From assembly GCA_965287045.1 (NCBI GenBank), contig OZ336870.1:121768001-121832000 (forward strand): a DNA stretch of 64,000 nucleotides, in the 5' to 3' direction. Numbering within the stretch: the stretch's first letter is position 1; each line of letters starts with the position of its first letter. Of the stretch, positions 1 through 12,530 are shown in pieces. The notes beneath the pieces are model-generated. The model did no database searches. It was not told where the DNA came from and saw only the letters and a program-made list of their open reading frames with translations. Made by a program: the position numbers and the translations under genes. The stretch comes from Carcharhinus amblyrhynchos (lineage: Eukaryota).

Positions 1-285
1 ATTTAAATTCAATTAATAGATCTAGAATATAAAGTTTGTCTTAGGAATGGTGACCATGACAACTATCGTTGATTGTTGTAAAAGCCCATCTGGTTCATTA
101 ATGTCCTTTAAGGTGGGAAATCTACCATCCTTACCTAGATAGGCCTAATTGTGACTCCAGACCACACTCATGTGTTTGATTCTTAACTACCCTCTGAAAT
201 GGCCTAACAAGTCACTCAGTTCAGTGACAATTATTGATGGGCAACACATGCTGCCCTGCCAGTGACACCAACATCCCATGAAAGC
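1..285 (+). mobile_element. tRNA-derived SINE, 3' part (same family as 8935-9347)
   Basis: Body GATTGTTGTAAAAGCCCATCTGGTTCATTAATGTCCTTTA...GACTCCAGACC and tail GGGCAACACATGCTG...CATCCCATGAA match the reverse complement of 8935-9347. Confidence 0.7.
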
Positions 286-299
286 ATCAAGAAAACATT

Positions 300-560
300 G
301 ATGATGTTCCTGTTCTTTTCCCAAACAACAAAACTTCATCAACTTTGATTCCAATTTTCACCCTTCCCTTACCTCCACATTGTTCATTTCCAACTTTTCT
401 CTCCTTGACTTCTCTATCCCCATTTCTGGGGATAGACTGTTGACCAATATCTGCCATAGGCCCACTGACTCGCTTTCTACCTCCACCACAATTCCTCCTA
501 TCCTGCTTCCTGGAGGACTTTATTCCATCTCCCCATTTCTCGGCTTCTATCACATCGGTG
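300..560 (+). mobile_element. Penelope-like element reverse transcriptase fragment (decayed)
   Basis: Translation LLDFSIPISGDRLLTNICHRPTDS followed by a frameshifted SIPFSQFLR-like segment, typical of the PLE RT C-terminal region. Confidence 0.65.
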
Positions 561-1447
561 CCCCACATTGTCTATGCCGCCTAGCATTTCACGGGACCCC
601 AAGCAGGGAGCTCACAGTCACCCCCGAACTGACCTGGTGAATTCACCTGCTCCCAACCACTTTCCAGCTGCCACTCCAGAAGAATGCTTGCACAGCTGTC
701 ATATCATTACAGGTCCAGCAAGGAGGACTGGGGAAGTGCTGCCTGCAAGCCAGCTGCCAGACCCCTTTAAATTTAGAGGCTCACAGCCAGGAAGGGCCAG
801 TAAGGCCTGTGAGTGATCCCTCCCCTGAGATACCAAGACTGAATACCCTAAAGCCCCCACCACCCCACCTGGTCCCGAGTTGCAATTATCTGGGTCACCC
901 AAATTCTCTCTGGTGCCCCCTCAGCAATTGGCACCCTGGAGGGTGATGGTGGCCTGAGTGCTTCCCTCCGATATCCCCTTTGGAGGTGAGCTCATCAGGT
1001 TCTTGTATTCATACAATTGTTATAAATCATTCTGGCATGATGTGACGCTGGTGCCCAATGAATATTCAGTGACAGGGCAAGTCCCGGGGGAGGGCTCACT
1101 CATGATATGATAATGTATTTAAAAGAGGTTTCTGACCTCCCGAGGCCATAATGTGAACATAAAGTTCAACAATTTCAGGTCAGTTACACTGCTGCCATTT
1201 TTGTCAAAGCACAGAAACAATTCTGCTAATGCCTTTGACACCTTCTCTAAACTTATCTTTTGTCTCTTTACTTGACTCATTATCATTTTTTGCCTTTCAC
1301 CATCACCCTTTTGCAGTTTAATCACACTTACCTTCCACTCTATTACAGAGCAATTTTGGGCCCTATATCTAAGGAAGGAAGTGTTGGCCCAGGAGAAGCC
1401 AGACTCACTTCACACCTCCTCCTTGATTATTCTCAGCACCAGTGCCC

Positions 1448-2742
1448 CACAAGATTTTACCATCAAGATACGTCCGTTTTTGGGTATAAAAACTTGGTAA
1501 AGTCAGGCGTGAGGTGAGAAACACGAGCCGCGCCCGCCTCCGGCTCAGTTTCCCCCTTTACCAAGGCCTGAAAATGGCCACGATCGGGACCGTGCCTGAA
1601 ACGGGTGCGATGGCCATTTAAATGTATTTGCATACATTTAAGTTGATTTAATGGGCGGCATGCCCAACTTTACCAGCACTTCCCCCTTTACCACTGTGTT
1701 CGTTTACCCAGAATCGGCATGAAACAGACATGCTCCACCAACCTCCGATTTGGGCACTCCAGTTAGTGAGGAGGCAGGTGCCTAGCATCCGACAGCTCTC
1801 TGCTTGACATCAGCAAGGGTGTTGGGGGGGGGGTGCATCCAATGGCTCTCTGCTTGAGATCGGTGGAGGGGGGAAGGGGGGTGTTCACTGTCACTCTGCC
1901 TCTGACCAGTGGGGGGAAGGGGGTGCCTGCTGCACTCTGCCTGAGATCACTGAGGGGAAAGGGGGGAGGGGAGTTCGCTGCCACTCTGCATGAAATCAGT
2001 GGGGTGGGGGATAGGTAGGGAAGCGGCCCACAATTGGTCTGGGTGGCAGAGGGGGTTCGGGAATAAGTGGATCAGTAATGTTGTGGGGGTGGGGCAATGT
2101 CTGTGGGGGCCAGGGGAGGCATTATCCAGCTCGGGAGCAGGGTGGCAGGGAAGCCACATTCTATCATTATTTTTCTATGTATGCGCAGTTGGAGGCACCG
2201 ATCGGAGCTGCAGGATTTCAGGTGCGTTAAGCCCCATCCACGATATGATTCGGAATTGCTGATATTCTTTCAGGCAGAGTGCATATGGGGGCGCCTGAGA
2301 ACAGGTCTAAAAGTCAGATCTGAAACACTCCCAGTTTCAAGTCTGAATCATAGAACCCTACAGTGCAGAAAGAGGCCCTTCGGCCCATCGAGTCTGCACC
2401 GAACACAATCCCACCCAGGCCCTACCCCCATATCCCTACATATTACACCCACTAATCCCTCTAACCTATGCATCCCTAGACACTAAGGGGCAATTTCTTA
2501 TCATGGCCAATCAATCTTTCCCACACATCTTTGGACTGTGGGAGGAAAACAGAGCACCCGGAGGAAACCCACACAGACATGAGGAGAATGTGCAAACTCC
2601 ACACAGACAGTGACCCAAGCTGGGAATCGAACCCAGGACCCTAGAACTGTGAAGCAGCAGTGCTAACCACTGTGCTACCGTGCCGCCCACTGTGCTTCTG
2701 TGTCTGCCCGGAACTTAAAATCAAAATGGTAAAATAAGGCCC
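1448..2742. mobile_element. Non-autonomous DNA transposon (Harbinger-like TIRs), interrupted by an HE1 SINE
   Basis: Right end AAATCAAAATGGTAAAATAAGGCCC is nearly identical to the end at 46205-46230; left end GATTTTACCATC is its approximate inverse; GC-rich, G-run interior. Confidence 0.55.
2345..2688 (-). mobile_element. HE1-type shark SINE, full length
   Basis: On the minus strand: tRNA head GGCACGGTAGCACAGTGGTTAGCAC...GGGTTCGATTCC (A/B boxes), core GGGTTTCCTCCGGGTGCTC, CR1-like tail GGGCCGAAGGGCCT...TTCTATGATTC. Confidence 0.9.
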
Positions 2743-2779
2743 ACTGTCTCCTCAGCCCATTACTGTAGTTATTATACAC

Positions 2780-3776
2780 CTATGACCATGTGGCCAAATT
2801 CCCCTCCAACTGAATTTTCAAGTTTGCTGATGACACCACCATAGTGGGTCAGATCTCAAACAATGACAGGAAAGGGTACAGGAAAGGGATAGAGGCCAGA
2901 ATTCTCTCACCCTGCCCGCCACTACAAATGTAGTGGGCTAGTTGTGGGCAATGTGAAGACTCACTGACAGTCAGGTGGGAGTTTCTGGATTTTAAACCAA
3001 CATGGCCAGAAAATTCTGCCCAGAGAATCTGGTGAACTGGTGCGACAACAATAATCTCTCTCTCAATGTCAATAAAACAAAGGAGATAGTCATCGACTTT
3101 AGGAGCATAAAGGAGAACATGACCCAGTCTGCATCAATAGGGACAAAGTAGAAATGGTCAACAGCTTCAGGCTTTTAGGTGTCCAGATCACCAACAACCT
3201 GTCTTGGTCCCTCCCATGCCGATGTTATAGTTAAGAAAGCTCACCAACGCCTCTACTTTCTCAGAAGACTAAGGAAATTAAGTATGTCCAATATGACTGT
3301 CACCTATTTTTATAGATGCATTATTCTTTCTGGTTGTATCACAGTTTGGTATGGCTCCTGCTCTGCCCAAGTCCGCCAGGAACTACAAAGGGTTGTGAGC
3401 GAATCTCAGTCCATCACTCAAACCAGCCTCCCACCCATTCACTCTGTGTATACTTCCCACTGCCTCAGAAAAGCAGCCAGCATTATGAAGATGTACCCTG
3501 GACATATTCTCTTCCACCTTTTTCCATCAGGAAAAAGGTTCAAAGCTCTGAAGACATATACCAACTGACCCAAAAACAGCTTCTTTCCTGCTGCCATCAG
3601 ATTTTTTAATGGACTGATCTCACATTAAGTTGATCTTTACACTAGCTATGACTGTAACATCACATTCTACACCCTGTCCTTTCCTTCCCTATGAACGGTA
3701 TAAGCAATATACCATAGCAAATAAGAAACAATACTTTTCACTGTATACTAATACATGCAACAATAATAAATCAAAT
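2780..3776 (+). mobile_element. Rex1/Babar-like LINE, 3' fragment (RT C-terminus plus 3' UTR)
   Basis: FKFADDTTIVG, WCDNNNLSLNVNKTKEIVIDFR, KKAHQRLYFLRRLRK; tail AATAATAAATCAAAT; homologous to 15962-16835. Confidence 0.85.
2894..3021. mobile_element. 128-bp MITE inserted in the Rex1-like LINE
   Basis: TIRs GGCCAGAATT...AATTCTGCCC flanked by an AGA/AGA 3-bp duplication; the sister LINE copy near 16060 lacks the insert. Confidence 0.8.
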
Positions 3777-3778
3777 TT

Positions 3779-3988
3779 AAAGTTTATTTATTCATCACAA
3801 ATAGGCTTACATTAACACTGCAATGAAGTTACTGTGAAAATCCCCTAGTTGCCTCACTCTGGCGTCTGTTCGGCTACAATTTAGAGGGACAATTTAGCAC
3901 GGCCAATACCCCTAACTAGCATGTCTTTCAGACTGTGGCAAGAAACTGAAGCACTTAGAGGAAACCCATGCAGACACATAGAGAATGT
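3779..3988 (-). mobile_element. SINE with HE1-like core and a different tail, 5'-truncated
   Basis: Reverse complement matches 20060-20270 (GGATTTTCACAGTAAC...AATGTAAGCCTA...AATAAATAAA). Confidence 0.75.
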
Positions 3989-5269
3989 GGGGGCAGCTCC
4001 TTCAGGGTCCAGCCTCTAAGGGACTTCCTCAGTGGCAGGGGAGCTGAGGGAGATAGTTGACATACTGCTTTGAGGCATGCAGTTAATCATACCATTGAAG
4101 GATCCAATTAGAGGCCATTTTCCAATGGAGATGGGATCTTACCATTGTCAGATTGGCTCCACATCATGTGCAAACACTACTCGTACTCATGATACCCTGG
4201 TGACAGGCCAGGGTGCCATCAACACCTCCTTATTTGCCCTGCCCCATCATGAAAGTTGAGGAATCAGAAGGTTGCAGGCCATTCCATTGAGGGTCTCCTC
4301 TCTAAAGTGAAGGCTGGACAGCAGTGGCCATGCTTATTTTTAATCATTTTTGAAGTCTTCAGAGTCCATCCCTATCTTGCGGCATTTTCACTGTGCACCA
4401 CCGACATCGGCAACACCCAGCATTGCTGGTGGAACCATCAGCTGCACACAGCCCCAGGCACTCTCCCTAGCTGTAATACCTGTATACCCAACTGGGGAGA
4501 GACTGGAGGAGTTCATCTCTGACACGAGTACTACAATGCTTGTCTCCAGCCCTGGCAAAGTTACGGAGCTTCCACTACATATACCTAACAGGAAAAGGAA
4601 GAAAAAGGATCTTTCACAATGGTGCCCTATCACAAGGCTATTCACATGGGCATTTAGGACTGTCTCCAGAATGATCTTGCATGTGGGTGGGACTCAGACA
4701 CCATTGGGGTCAGGACCCACATATGGTCCCAACATCTGGTAGAAAATTCAGTTTGAAGTCTCTAGCCACTGAAATATGATGAGCTTCACAATGATGACTT
4801 AGAGCCCTGTAACCTTCTCAGTTCCAATTCATGTCTTTCATCTCCACCCAGCGTCCCTGAGCAGCTGCAATCAGAGGACAAAGCCTCTTCAGAGGATATC
4901 ACGCACGCTGAGGATGAACTGTCACGTGATACACGCGGCCAAACCACCAGCTCAGGTATACATTCTTCAGATGGCCTCTAAGACAGATGGTTAGGTTATG
5001 ATGTGGTGGAGTGTGCCTGACAAGTGAACAGGAGAGCCCACATTGGAGGGTGCAGTAGTGTCCAAGTTCTGTTCAGCTGATTAAAGATGTTGAGCTGTAC
5101 GAGTCGTTAACAAAGGGAATAATTCTAGCACAGCAGCAGAATGTGTGTGAGGTTCTATCTGCATTTCAAAGGTACTATGCCCAATTGGAGAGAGATTGGA
5201 GGGGTCCCTTTTTGACATGAGCAACCTGATGCCTATCTTTAGATCTGGCAGTGACACAGGGCTTCCACT

Positions 5270-5435
5270 AGAATCATAGAATCCTACTGTGCAGAAGGAG
5301 GCCATTCACCCCTTCAAGTCTGCATTAACCACTATCCCACCCAGGGCCTATCCCCGTAAACCCATGCATTTACCCTAGCTAGTGCCCTTGGCACTAAGGG
5401 GCAATTTAGCATGGAGAATCCACCTAACCTACATA
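5270..5435 (-). mobile_element. HE1-type SINE, 3' part
   Basis: TAGAATCATAGAATCCTACTGTGCAGAAGGAGGCCATT...AAGGGGCAATTTAGCATGG matches the other HE1 copies. Confidence 0.8.
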
Positions 5436-5924
5436 CAGCTAATAAGAAAAAGCTTTTTCACAATGATACCCTGTCACAAGGATATTCGCATGGGCTGTTA
5501 AGTCTATTTTTATCTTGTACTTTTACTCCCTTTTTCTAAATTATTCTCCAAAGTTAACCTTACAGTCTCAACGCTTCCTCCTCTAAATCCTTCCCTATCC
5601 TAGTTACTTTTGCTCTTGGTTTTTCTGTCCTCGCTCAACACAAAAGCTTTAAAGCTGACATTGATGTTACGGTATGGATGGAATCTTACCAAAACATGGC
5701 AGAATGTTGGTTCCAGCACTAAAAACGGAGTGATTCCCATCAAGGGCAACGGCAGGACTTCTGACTGAATCTTATGCCTCATTTTTTGGTAACATACCCA
5801 TGAGAATCATGTTGCACTGACGGCGTGTTCCATCTGATTTGCCTACCCTGCAACAACTTAACCATCACAATCACCGGGGAACTCCATACAAATGGCTCCT
5901 CAGCACTCATTCCACATCAATTGA

Positions 5925-6140
5925 GGGGTGGCAGCCGGGAAGTCTGCGCCTCGCTTTTCAGAGAGACCCCTTACCAGAATGCTGGAAAGAGTGGAACAGA
6001 GGCGGGACACACATTCCAGGAGAAGGCCTTCTAGCAGGGTCACCAGCCCTGCCTGGGATGCTCATGGCAGCTCACTGCTAAAGAGGACAGGACAGCAGTG
6101 TTAGAAGAAGATGAGTGATCTTCTTTACTCAGCCAGGGTA
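5925..6140 (+). pseudogene. Harbinger Myb/SANT-like ORF, N-terminal remnant
   Basis: Translation AGKSAPRFSERPLTRMLERVEQRRDT resembles the start of the trihelix domain (APRFS..L..LL..V..RR). Confidence 0.5.
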
Positions 6141-7264
6141 AGTGACCCACCTCCAGTCACTATCTAGACCCTTTTGTACAACCCTCACACCCCAAACCCT
6201 TTCTCTCACCCAGCCACCTCAAGGTTTCCAATACCAGGCATGAGGCTCTCATCCCCTCTCCAATAGTCACCATGTTCCCACCAGTAAGTACGCGCTTTGT
6301 TCCTCAAACTGCAGCTCTCACTTAAGGCCCAGGCCTGTCACATCTCATTATCATTTTCCAACCTCTGCCTACACTCTTCCTATCTGTGTCATTGTAGGGC
6401 AAACTCAACCACAACATCCGTGGGCGGATGTGGCCACAGTTGGAAAAATGCCAGAGCACAGAACCCTCATTCATCTCCAGTAGGGAGCCCTTGACCAGGC
6501 CATGGAGGAGGAAAAGTGTGTCTGGGTGCTTGTGAAGTGGGGATACAGACAAACATGAGTATGAAGAAGCAACAAGGAGCTAAAGGGCAATTGGAGAGTA
6601 GGTGGGATATGAAATGGGCGAATGCTAGGTTGCTGAACACTTATGTACAAAATTAGGCCAATGTCCCAGTGAACTAAGGTGAGCCTTCCAATCTCGCTAC
6701 CTCAGCATCCACATGTCTCCATTTCCATAACTTGTCTGCTTCAGGAGGCAGCAATACCCACTCCAGCCCATCTCTCCCCCCCACCTTAAAGATGGTGGAC
6801 AGTGTCACTGAGAAGGTGGGATCCTAACATCGGGAAATGGCATGAATCACGATTATCACACTGAAGGGGAAATCTGGCCCTTATTGGCAGTTGGTCATTA
6901 CTGATAAGACAAAGATCTAATCCTTGTTCTAGTTTGACAGACTAGACTTGTACACCATAGGTCATGCACATGATAGTCTCTAACCACAGAATGAGAGATG
7001 CCTGCCAGTAATCTTGGCCTGGCAACTTGCCTAGAAATGGACTTAGAGGACATGCCGACCACCTTGAACAATAAGGGTTGAAGTTTCACAAATATTCAGT
7101 CTTATCTACAGCAAGTAACTTAGCGGACCTACTAGACAACTCTCTGGTGAAGGCATGTCAATTTTGGGCCTTTGCGCTGCCAATTAGATCTTAGAACAAA
7201 GTGGGAAAAATTGAGCATGAAGGGAATGACTAGGATTTAGAGGTAGAAATCAGGAGAGAGATAA

Positions 7265-7382
7265 GATAGGATTTTAGGGCCTTCCTTGTCCCAAAACCAT
7301 AAAATCCCATACGAGGTCAACGGACCTTTCCATGGTCCAGCCCTCACCATCTCTGATTCCTGGGATGGTAAAACTCCAGCCA
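7265..7382. mobile_element. MITE, same family as 2894-3021, 8062-8170 and 57365-57480
   Basis: Shared core CCCAAAACCATAAAATCC...AGGTCAA(C/T)GGACCTT(T)CC. Confidence 0.6.
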
Positions 7383-8061
7383 TAAACTGGAGGAATAGTG
7401 CAGTATTGGCATTGGTTTTAATTTAGAGCCAGAAGGAGTATTCATGCTGTAGGTCGGAATCTATGTAACCTGACCTCCATCTTTTATGGCATTCAGCTTT
7501 CCTGAAGTACATGGAAATTTTCATCTTTTATTCTGATTTTATTATTATAGTTGCAGTTTGATTTTCTGGAGACTATTTTTGTTCCGTTATTTATTTCCAA
7601 ACTTCCGGAAAGCTCCCTTTGCCAGCATGCAATAATTCTGCAGTTGTTTAATCAGCTTCATTTCCTTCCTCTTTTTAAAAGTACAGAGTAATTTTAGTTT
7701 AATTGCTGAAATTCTGGAAGTCAAACTTCAAGAGATATATTGTTGTTTCAGTTACATTAACTCCAGGATAATTTAAACCGAAATTCATAATTGTTTTGCA
7801 CTTCTCATCACAAGTATGCAATGGCATACCTGGTGTTTCGCCATATTTATAGACTGAACAGGACTAAACATGTAGTTGGCATAAATAATGTTAAAAGTTA
7901 GAAACAGAGGAGGATGTTTTGATCTGAATTGCTGGGCATAAAGCATTTCATGGATAGGGAAGGTTGCACAGCAATAATAAACACTACCCATTTTTCTATC
8001 TTTGGAGAAGAATGTGAGAAAAGCTCGACGGTCTTTGTTATGTCATAGAGTCACAGAGTCA

Positions 8062-8170
8062 CAGGGTCGCAAAACCATAAAATCCTGCCAAGGTCAATGG
8101 ACCTTCCTATTGTCCGTCCTCGCCTACTCCGATTCCTGTGGCAAGCGGGGGAGCTAAAATTTCAACCATC
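8062..8170. mobile_element. MITE, same family as 7265-7382
   Basis: GCAAAACCATAAAATCCTGCCAAGGTCAATGGACCTTCC...TAAAATTTC. Confidence 0.6.
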
Positions 8171-8187
8171 GAGCCAAAATTCCAACC

Positions 8188-8405
8188 ATAGAGCCAAAGA
8201 GCAATACAGCATGGAAACCGGCCCTTCAGCCCATCGGCACCCTCCCAGTTGGTTCCAATTGCTCGCGTTTGGCCCATATCCCTCTAATCCTTTCCCATCC
8301 ATGTACTTAACCAAATGCTTTTTAAATGTTGCTATTTAACCTGCCTCAGCCATTTTCCCTGGAAGCTCATTCTGCGTGAAGAAATTGCCCCTCAGGTCTC
8401 TTTTA
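8188..8405 (-). mobile_element. CR1 LINE 3' end fragment
   Basis: ACAGCATGGAAACCGGCCCTTCAGCCCA...CCATATCCCTCTAATCC...GTGAAGAAATTGCCCCTCAG, as in the 3' end of the CR1 at 46262-46500. Confidence 0.7.
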
Positions 8406-8934
8406 AATCGATAATTCTCGCCAGCTGATTTTACTCTATGCATTCTTCCCAAATGATGATTAACACCAAGAAAACAGAGGAAAAAAAATTCCCCTGGGAG
8501 CATATTACAGACTTAGATGCACAAGGGATGAATTTCACACCAACTTTACTGTTCACTTCCTGTCTGTTCCCTCAACCCCCAACTTTGATGCAAAAAGCAC
8601 AGAAAAAGTACATGGATGGTGTTTACGCTATTTATTCAGTGTTTGTGGGTCATTCATTGAAGTTACAGTTTCCTGTCCTTCAAGCCAAGATCCTTCCTCA
8701 TTGTTGTCCAAATGAGATCCATTATTGTGAGGACTATTGCACCAACTCCCCCACCCACCTTTCCATTTTGACTGTTACTTTGAAACATCAAGCACCTGAA
8801 ATACTTAGCTCCTAACCTTGGCCACCATGCAACCATGGACAGGATTTAACTATTCCGACACAGGTCCAAGTGACAGACCTGAACGTGCACAGAGTTTCTA
8901 CTCATGGTGGGAATGGCTGGCTGATTGCGATTAT

Positions 8935-9347
8935 TTTTTTCATTCGTCGGACATGGGCATAATTGGCTGGCCAGCATTTATTATCTATCCCTAGTTGCCC
9001 TTGAGAAGGTGGTAGTGAGCTGCCTTCTTGAAACGCTGAAACAACAGAGTAGCTTGCTAGGTCATTTCAGAGGGTCAACTGCATTGCTATCGGTCTGAAG
9101 TCACGTATATGCCAGACCAGATAAGGATGGAAGATTTCCTTCCCTAAAAGACATCAAAGAACAAAATTTTTTTTCCCACAATTGACAATGGTTTCATGGA
9201 CATCAGTAGATTCTTAATTCCAGGTTTTTTTTATTGAATTCAAATTCCACAATCTGCCATGGTGGGATTCAAAGACGGGTCCGCAGAAAATTAGCTGAGT
9301 TTCTGGATTAATAGCCTAGCAATAATACCACTAGGCCATTGACCCCC
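8935..9347 (-). mobile_element. tRNA-derived SINE with CR1-type tail, near full length
   Basis: Minus-strand head CAATGGCCTAGTGGT...TTTGAATCCCACC, body GGAATTTGAATTCAATAAA, tail AATAAATGCTGGCCAGCC...GAATGAA. Confidence 0.75.
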
Positions 9348-9589
9348 ATTATGCGGCAGCCAGCCAATACAATACGGAGAAGCTTGGGTCCCAGCCAATT
9401 ATTTCACACGGAGGGCAGAAAGTCACCACCCCCACCATCAGCTGATGGGGTTAGAGATCCATGTGCCTCTTTTAAAGAACAACCAAGAAAATAATTCTGC
9501 CCACAGAAGCTGAAAAAGATCCCAGCATCATCACCTCGACCATAATATTCCTCTGCAGATGAATGCCTCAGGGTAGGCAATGCATAGTC

Positions 9590-10770
9590 CCACAGTTAGG
9601 TGATGCTTCCCCGCAGCTTCTCCTGTAGGCTGATTGGGAATGATTGAAGGTGCTCATCCTACTAGTGACATAAGGAACACCTCTGCCTGACCAAGGATGC
9701 CTGGGGGAGGATTGTAGCAGAGGTTAGCAGCTGTGTGTCCACAGCTGCTAACTGCGCACTCAGATACGCAATGAGTGCAATGAGGAAAAGGGCCAATGGC
9801 CTATCGCGCACTGCAAAGGTGAGGAACTCAGCAGCTGCTCATCAAATTGATTCTCATGCGGGCAGCAAACAATGTGACAGCAATTGGAGAGAGCAGCCAT
9901 GTGGACAAATGGTGTGTCCAGCACAGCAGCTGATGCATTAGAAGTCCTCACTGTCAGTGGGCTCTTACTACCACTTTGCTGCAGGTACTTGAGAGTGGGA
10001 ATGTTAACGAATAACCAGGGAGGCACCATGACCTCTCAGTGGGATACATGCTGATAAGAGGGTTGGTGTCCATTGATCTGAGACTCATTCTCCCCTTCTA
10101 CCTACAGTAGAAAATGGTACATAATGCTAAGGAATGGGCAAAGGCAACTTAAGGAGTGCCCAACATGAGAACACCCACTGAGAAGGTGTGGGTGGAACTG
10201 GCTGGAGAGCAGAGCAGTGGGGTAATCACAGATGGTGAGGCAGGAGTACAGAGAGGAGAGAGTAAGGAGGACTGGAGCTTGGTGGCAAAAACTGGGCAGA
10301 AAGGAGACACGTATCAGAGATGAAACCGAAGCTGATTCTTTCTGTTCTCACATGCAGTTTCTCATATTCCAGAGGCAAGACCAGCCCTTTCAGCTGCCAC
10401 CTTGCAGCCTACTTGTGAGGATAAAGATCTGGAAGCCTCATCATTCCCCACACCCTCCATCAGCACAACATAGTCACCTCAGTGGGTATGCATTAGTGGC
10501 TAGAATTGGATTCACATTCGGGTGAGCAGATCAGAGACTTGTCAACACACAGCCAAACAGCTTCAGAGTCAGAGAACTGTTGGATGCTAGACACGTGCTC
10601 AGCCCAGGCCGATGACATCCTTCTCGTCATGGCCTCAGATGAACAAATAGGCAAGGCAACATCTGGCAGAAGCATTGTACAGACGTGCTTTGATGATGGA
10701 AGAGTACATGCAGACCATGAATTCTGCCATGTCTCAGGCATGTGAGGGTGGTTATTTTTTCCATAGATGG
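9590..10770 (+). pseudogene. Harbinger Myb/SANT-like companion gene (decayed)
   Basis: Fragments KDAWGRIVAEVSS and RKRANGLSRTAK followed by a GTGAG donor; downstream CCCTCCATCAGCACA...CACCTCAGTGGG segment shared with 54820-54850. Confidence 0.55.
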
Positions 10771-11259
10771 TTGACAGCCACCATGGAAAGCCAAGTTCTG
10801 CAAACCATTTCTTGAATGTTGTTGAATATGAGCACAGAACTGTACACAGTCACACTGGCCGTGGGTTTGGCAGGAGGGACATGTCAAGGTATTTTCAGAC
10901 CAGGTGGTATTACATTCAACAGCCTGCCTTCACCACAGTTGTAGAAGGTGAGGTCACATCACATCGTTATGATCAACTGTGGAAACACTAGATTTTGAGT
11001 TGGCACAGTGGTGGTACTAGTGTTCAACTGTTTCACTACAATAAATGGCTATATGTCATTAAGTACTCCTGTTTACTTTATTTGTATAGGCTGAATGGTT
11101 GTGTTGGTGATACTTGGTTAGCAATAGCTTTCATCATAAGTGCAAATCATACATGGATGAAGGGGACTTAGTGACATCTCATGGAATAGAATGTCAATGA
11201 TGGGGAACAGAATCTACATTCATTGCTGATTGGATGTGCCTAACTTTATTAATTCTTTA

Positions 11260-11580
11260 CTCTTTCATGCAACGTGGGCATTGCTGGCAAGGCCAGCATC
11301 TGTTATCCATCCCTAATGTCCACTGAGAAAGTGTAGAGCTGCGCTCTTGAATCACTAGATTCCATCTGGTGTGGGTGCATCCACATTGCTGCCAGAAAGG
11401 GCTTCAGAGATCTTGGCCTTATGGCAGTGAAGGATCGGCAACCTCGTTCTAAGCCAGGATGGAGTGTAGTTTGGAGGGGCCCTTGTAGATGGGGTTTCCA
11501 CATACATATTGAACTTATCCTTCAAGGTGATACTGGTTCTAGAAGGAAGTTTGGTGAATTGGGTGGAGATGTAGAATTCA
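11260..11580 (-). mobile_element. CR1-type 3' tail fragment
   Basis: GTGGGCATTGCTGGCAAGGCCAGCATC...CCATCCCTAAT...GAGAAAGTG; the same tail occurs at 13765-13845 (+) and 39830-39955 (+). Confidence 0.6.
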
Positions 11581-11849
11581 TGTGTGTATTGTACCTAGAA
11601 TATCCTGGCTTTCAGGGGCATTATTCTAATGGGAATATATTCATAATAAGGGCACGCAGGCCTTCCTCATGTGCTTCTCCAAGGTCCTGGCATCTAATAC
11701 GAAAGGTCCAACCTGCATGCATGCCTCCCTGCTTATTTTATCCACCAGTCCCCACCACCACCGCCACCTCCAGCCCCCACCTCCAACTCTGCCAACTTGC
11801 TATCATCCTTGCCCAATGAGGATTGTGGCTTCGCCATCTACAAAGCTGC

Positions 11850-12530
11850 GAAGTCCTCACCTCTCTCCTGTGTGAGGTTGCATAGCATTGAAACAAAGCA
11901 CAATGACCCCCAAAAGTTGCACACTGCAATGGGCCACCAGAGATGTCCAGACAACCAAATATCATCTTCAACAAGCTGATGGTTGTCTTTGTGGCACTGT
12001 GGGGAGCATTTAACCTCTCCTTATCTGGGGTTCAGAGACTGATGTCAGTAGCCATGTTTTCAGTGTATAACCTGTCACCTTGCATCCATTCCTGCAGTCA
12101 TGGAGATACCCTTGAACAGCTGTGGTACCTGACAGTATCAGAGAATGTAGTAATCATGAGCACTCCCTCAGAACCGAGCACACACACACAGGATTCATTT
12201 CCAATAGTCAGAGACAATGATGATGTTGAACTCTTTTTGGTTGAGGAATGTTGCAGGCTGACCTTCCTGATCATAAGATAGTGAATATTGTGGATAACTC
12301 CCAGCACCAGTCAGAAACCTGACAAGATCCTGAATCTACCTATACAGTGGTCTGGCTCTCTGCAACCATTATAAATGGCACATACTCTTTGGCACTTTTT
12401 ATAGGCAACTGGTGATTTTCTTGATGTAGGAATGTGCAGCTACCAGAGATAGTGTATGTTGCACCTGGGCCCAGTAAGGCCCTGGTAGACTCCACTGGAG
12501 AAAGAAAATATAATGGTGCTGTCACCTACA
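11850..12530 (-). pseudogene. PIF/Harbinger DDE transposase (HARBI1-like), decayed
   Basis: Ordered motifs with frameshifts: SGVYQG (ASGSFQ), VLGVIHNIHY (GAIDCTH), FLNQKEF (NRKGFHS), VCARF*GSAHDYYIL (YPGSCHDSFIL), GD.GYTLKTWLLT, LLKMIFGCLDISGGPLQ (LLKMRFRCLDRSGGALQY). Confidence 0.8.

Noticed and set aside
3990-4480. Possible second Harbinger transposase remnant on minus (GVDGT-like motif)
   Set aside because: Only one weak motif; the other ordered DDE motifs could not be found by eye
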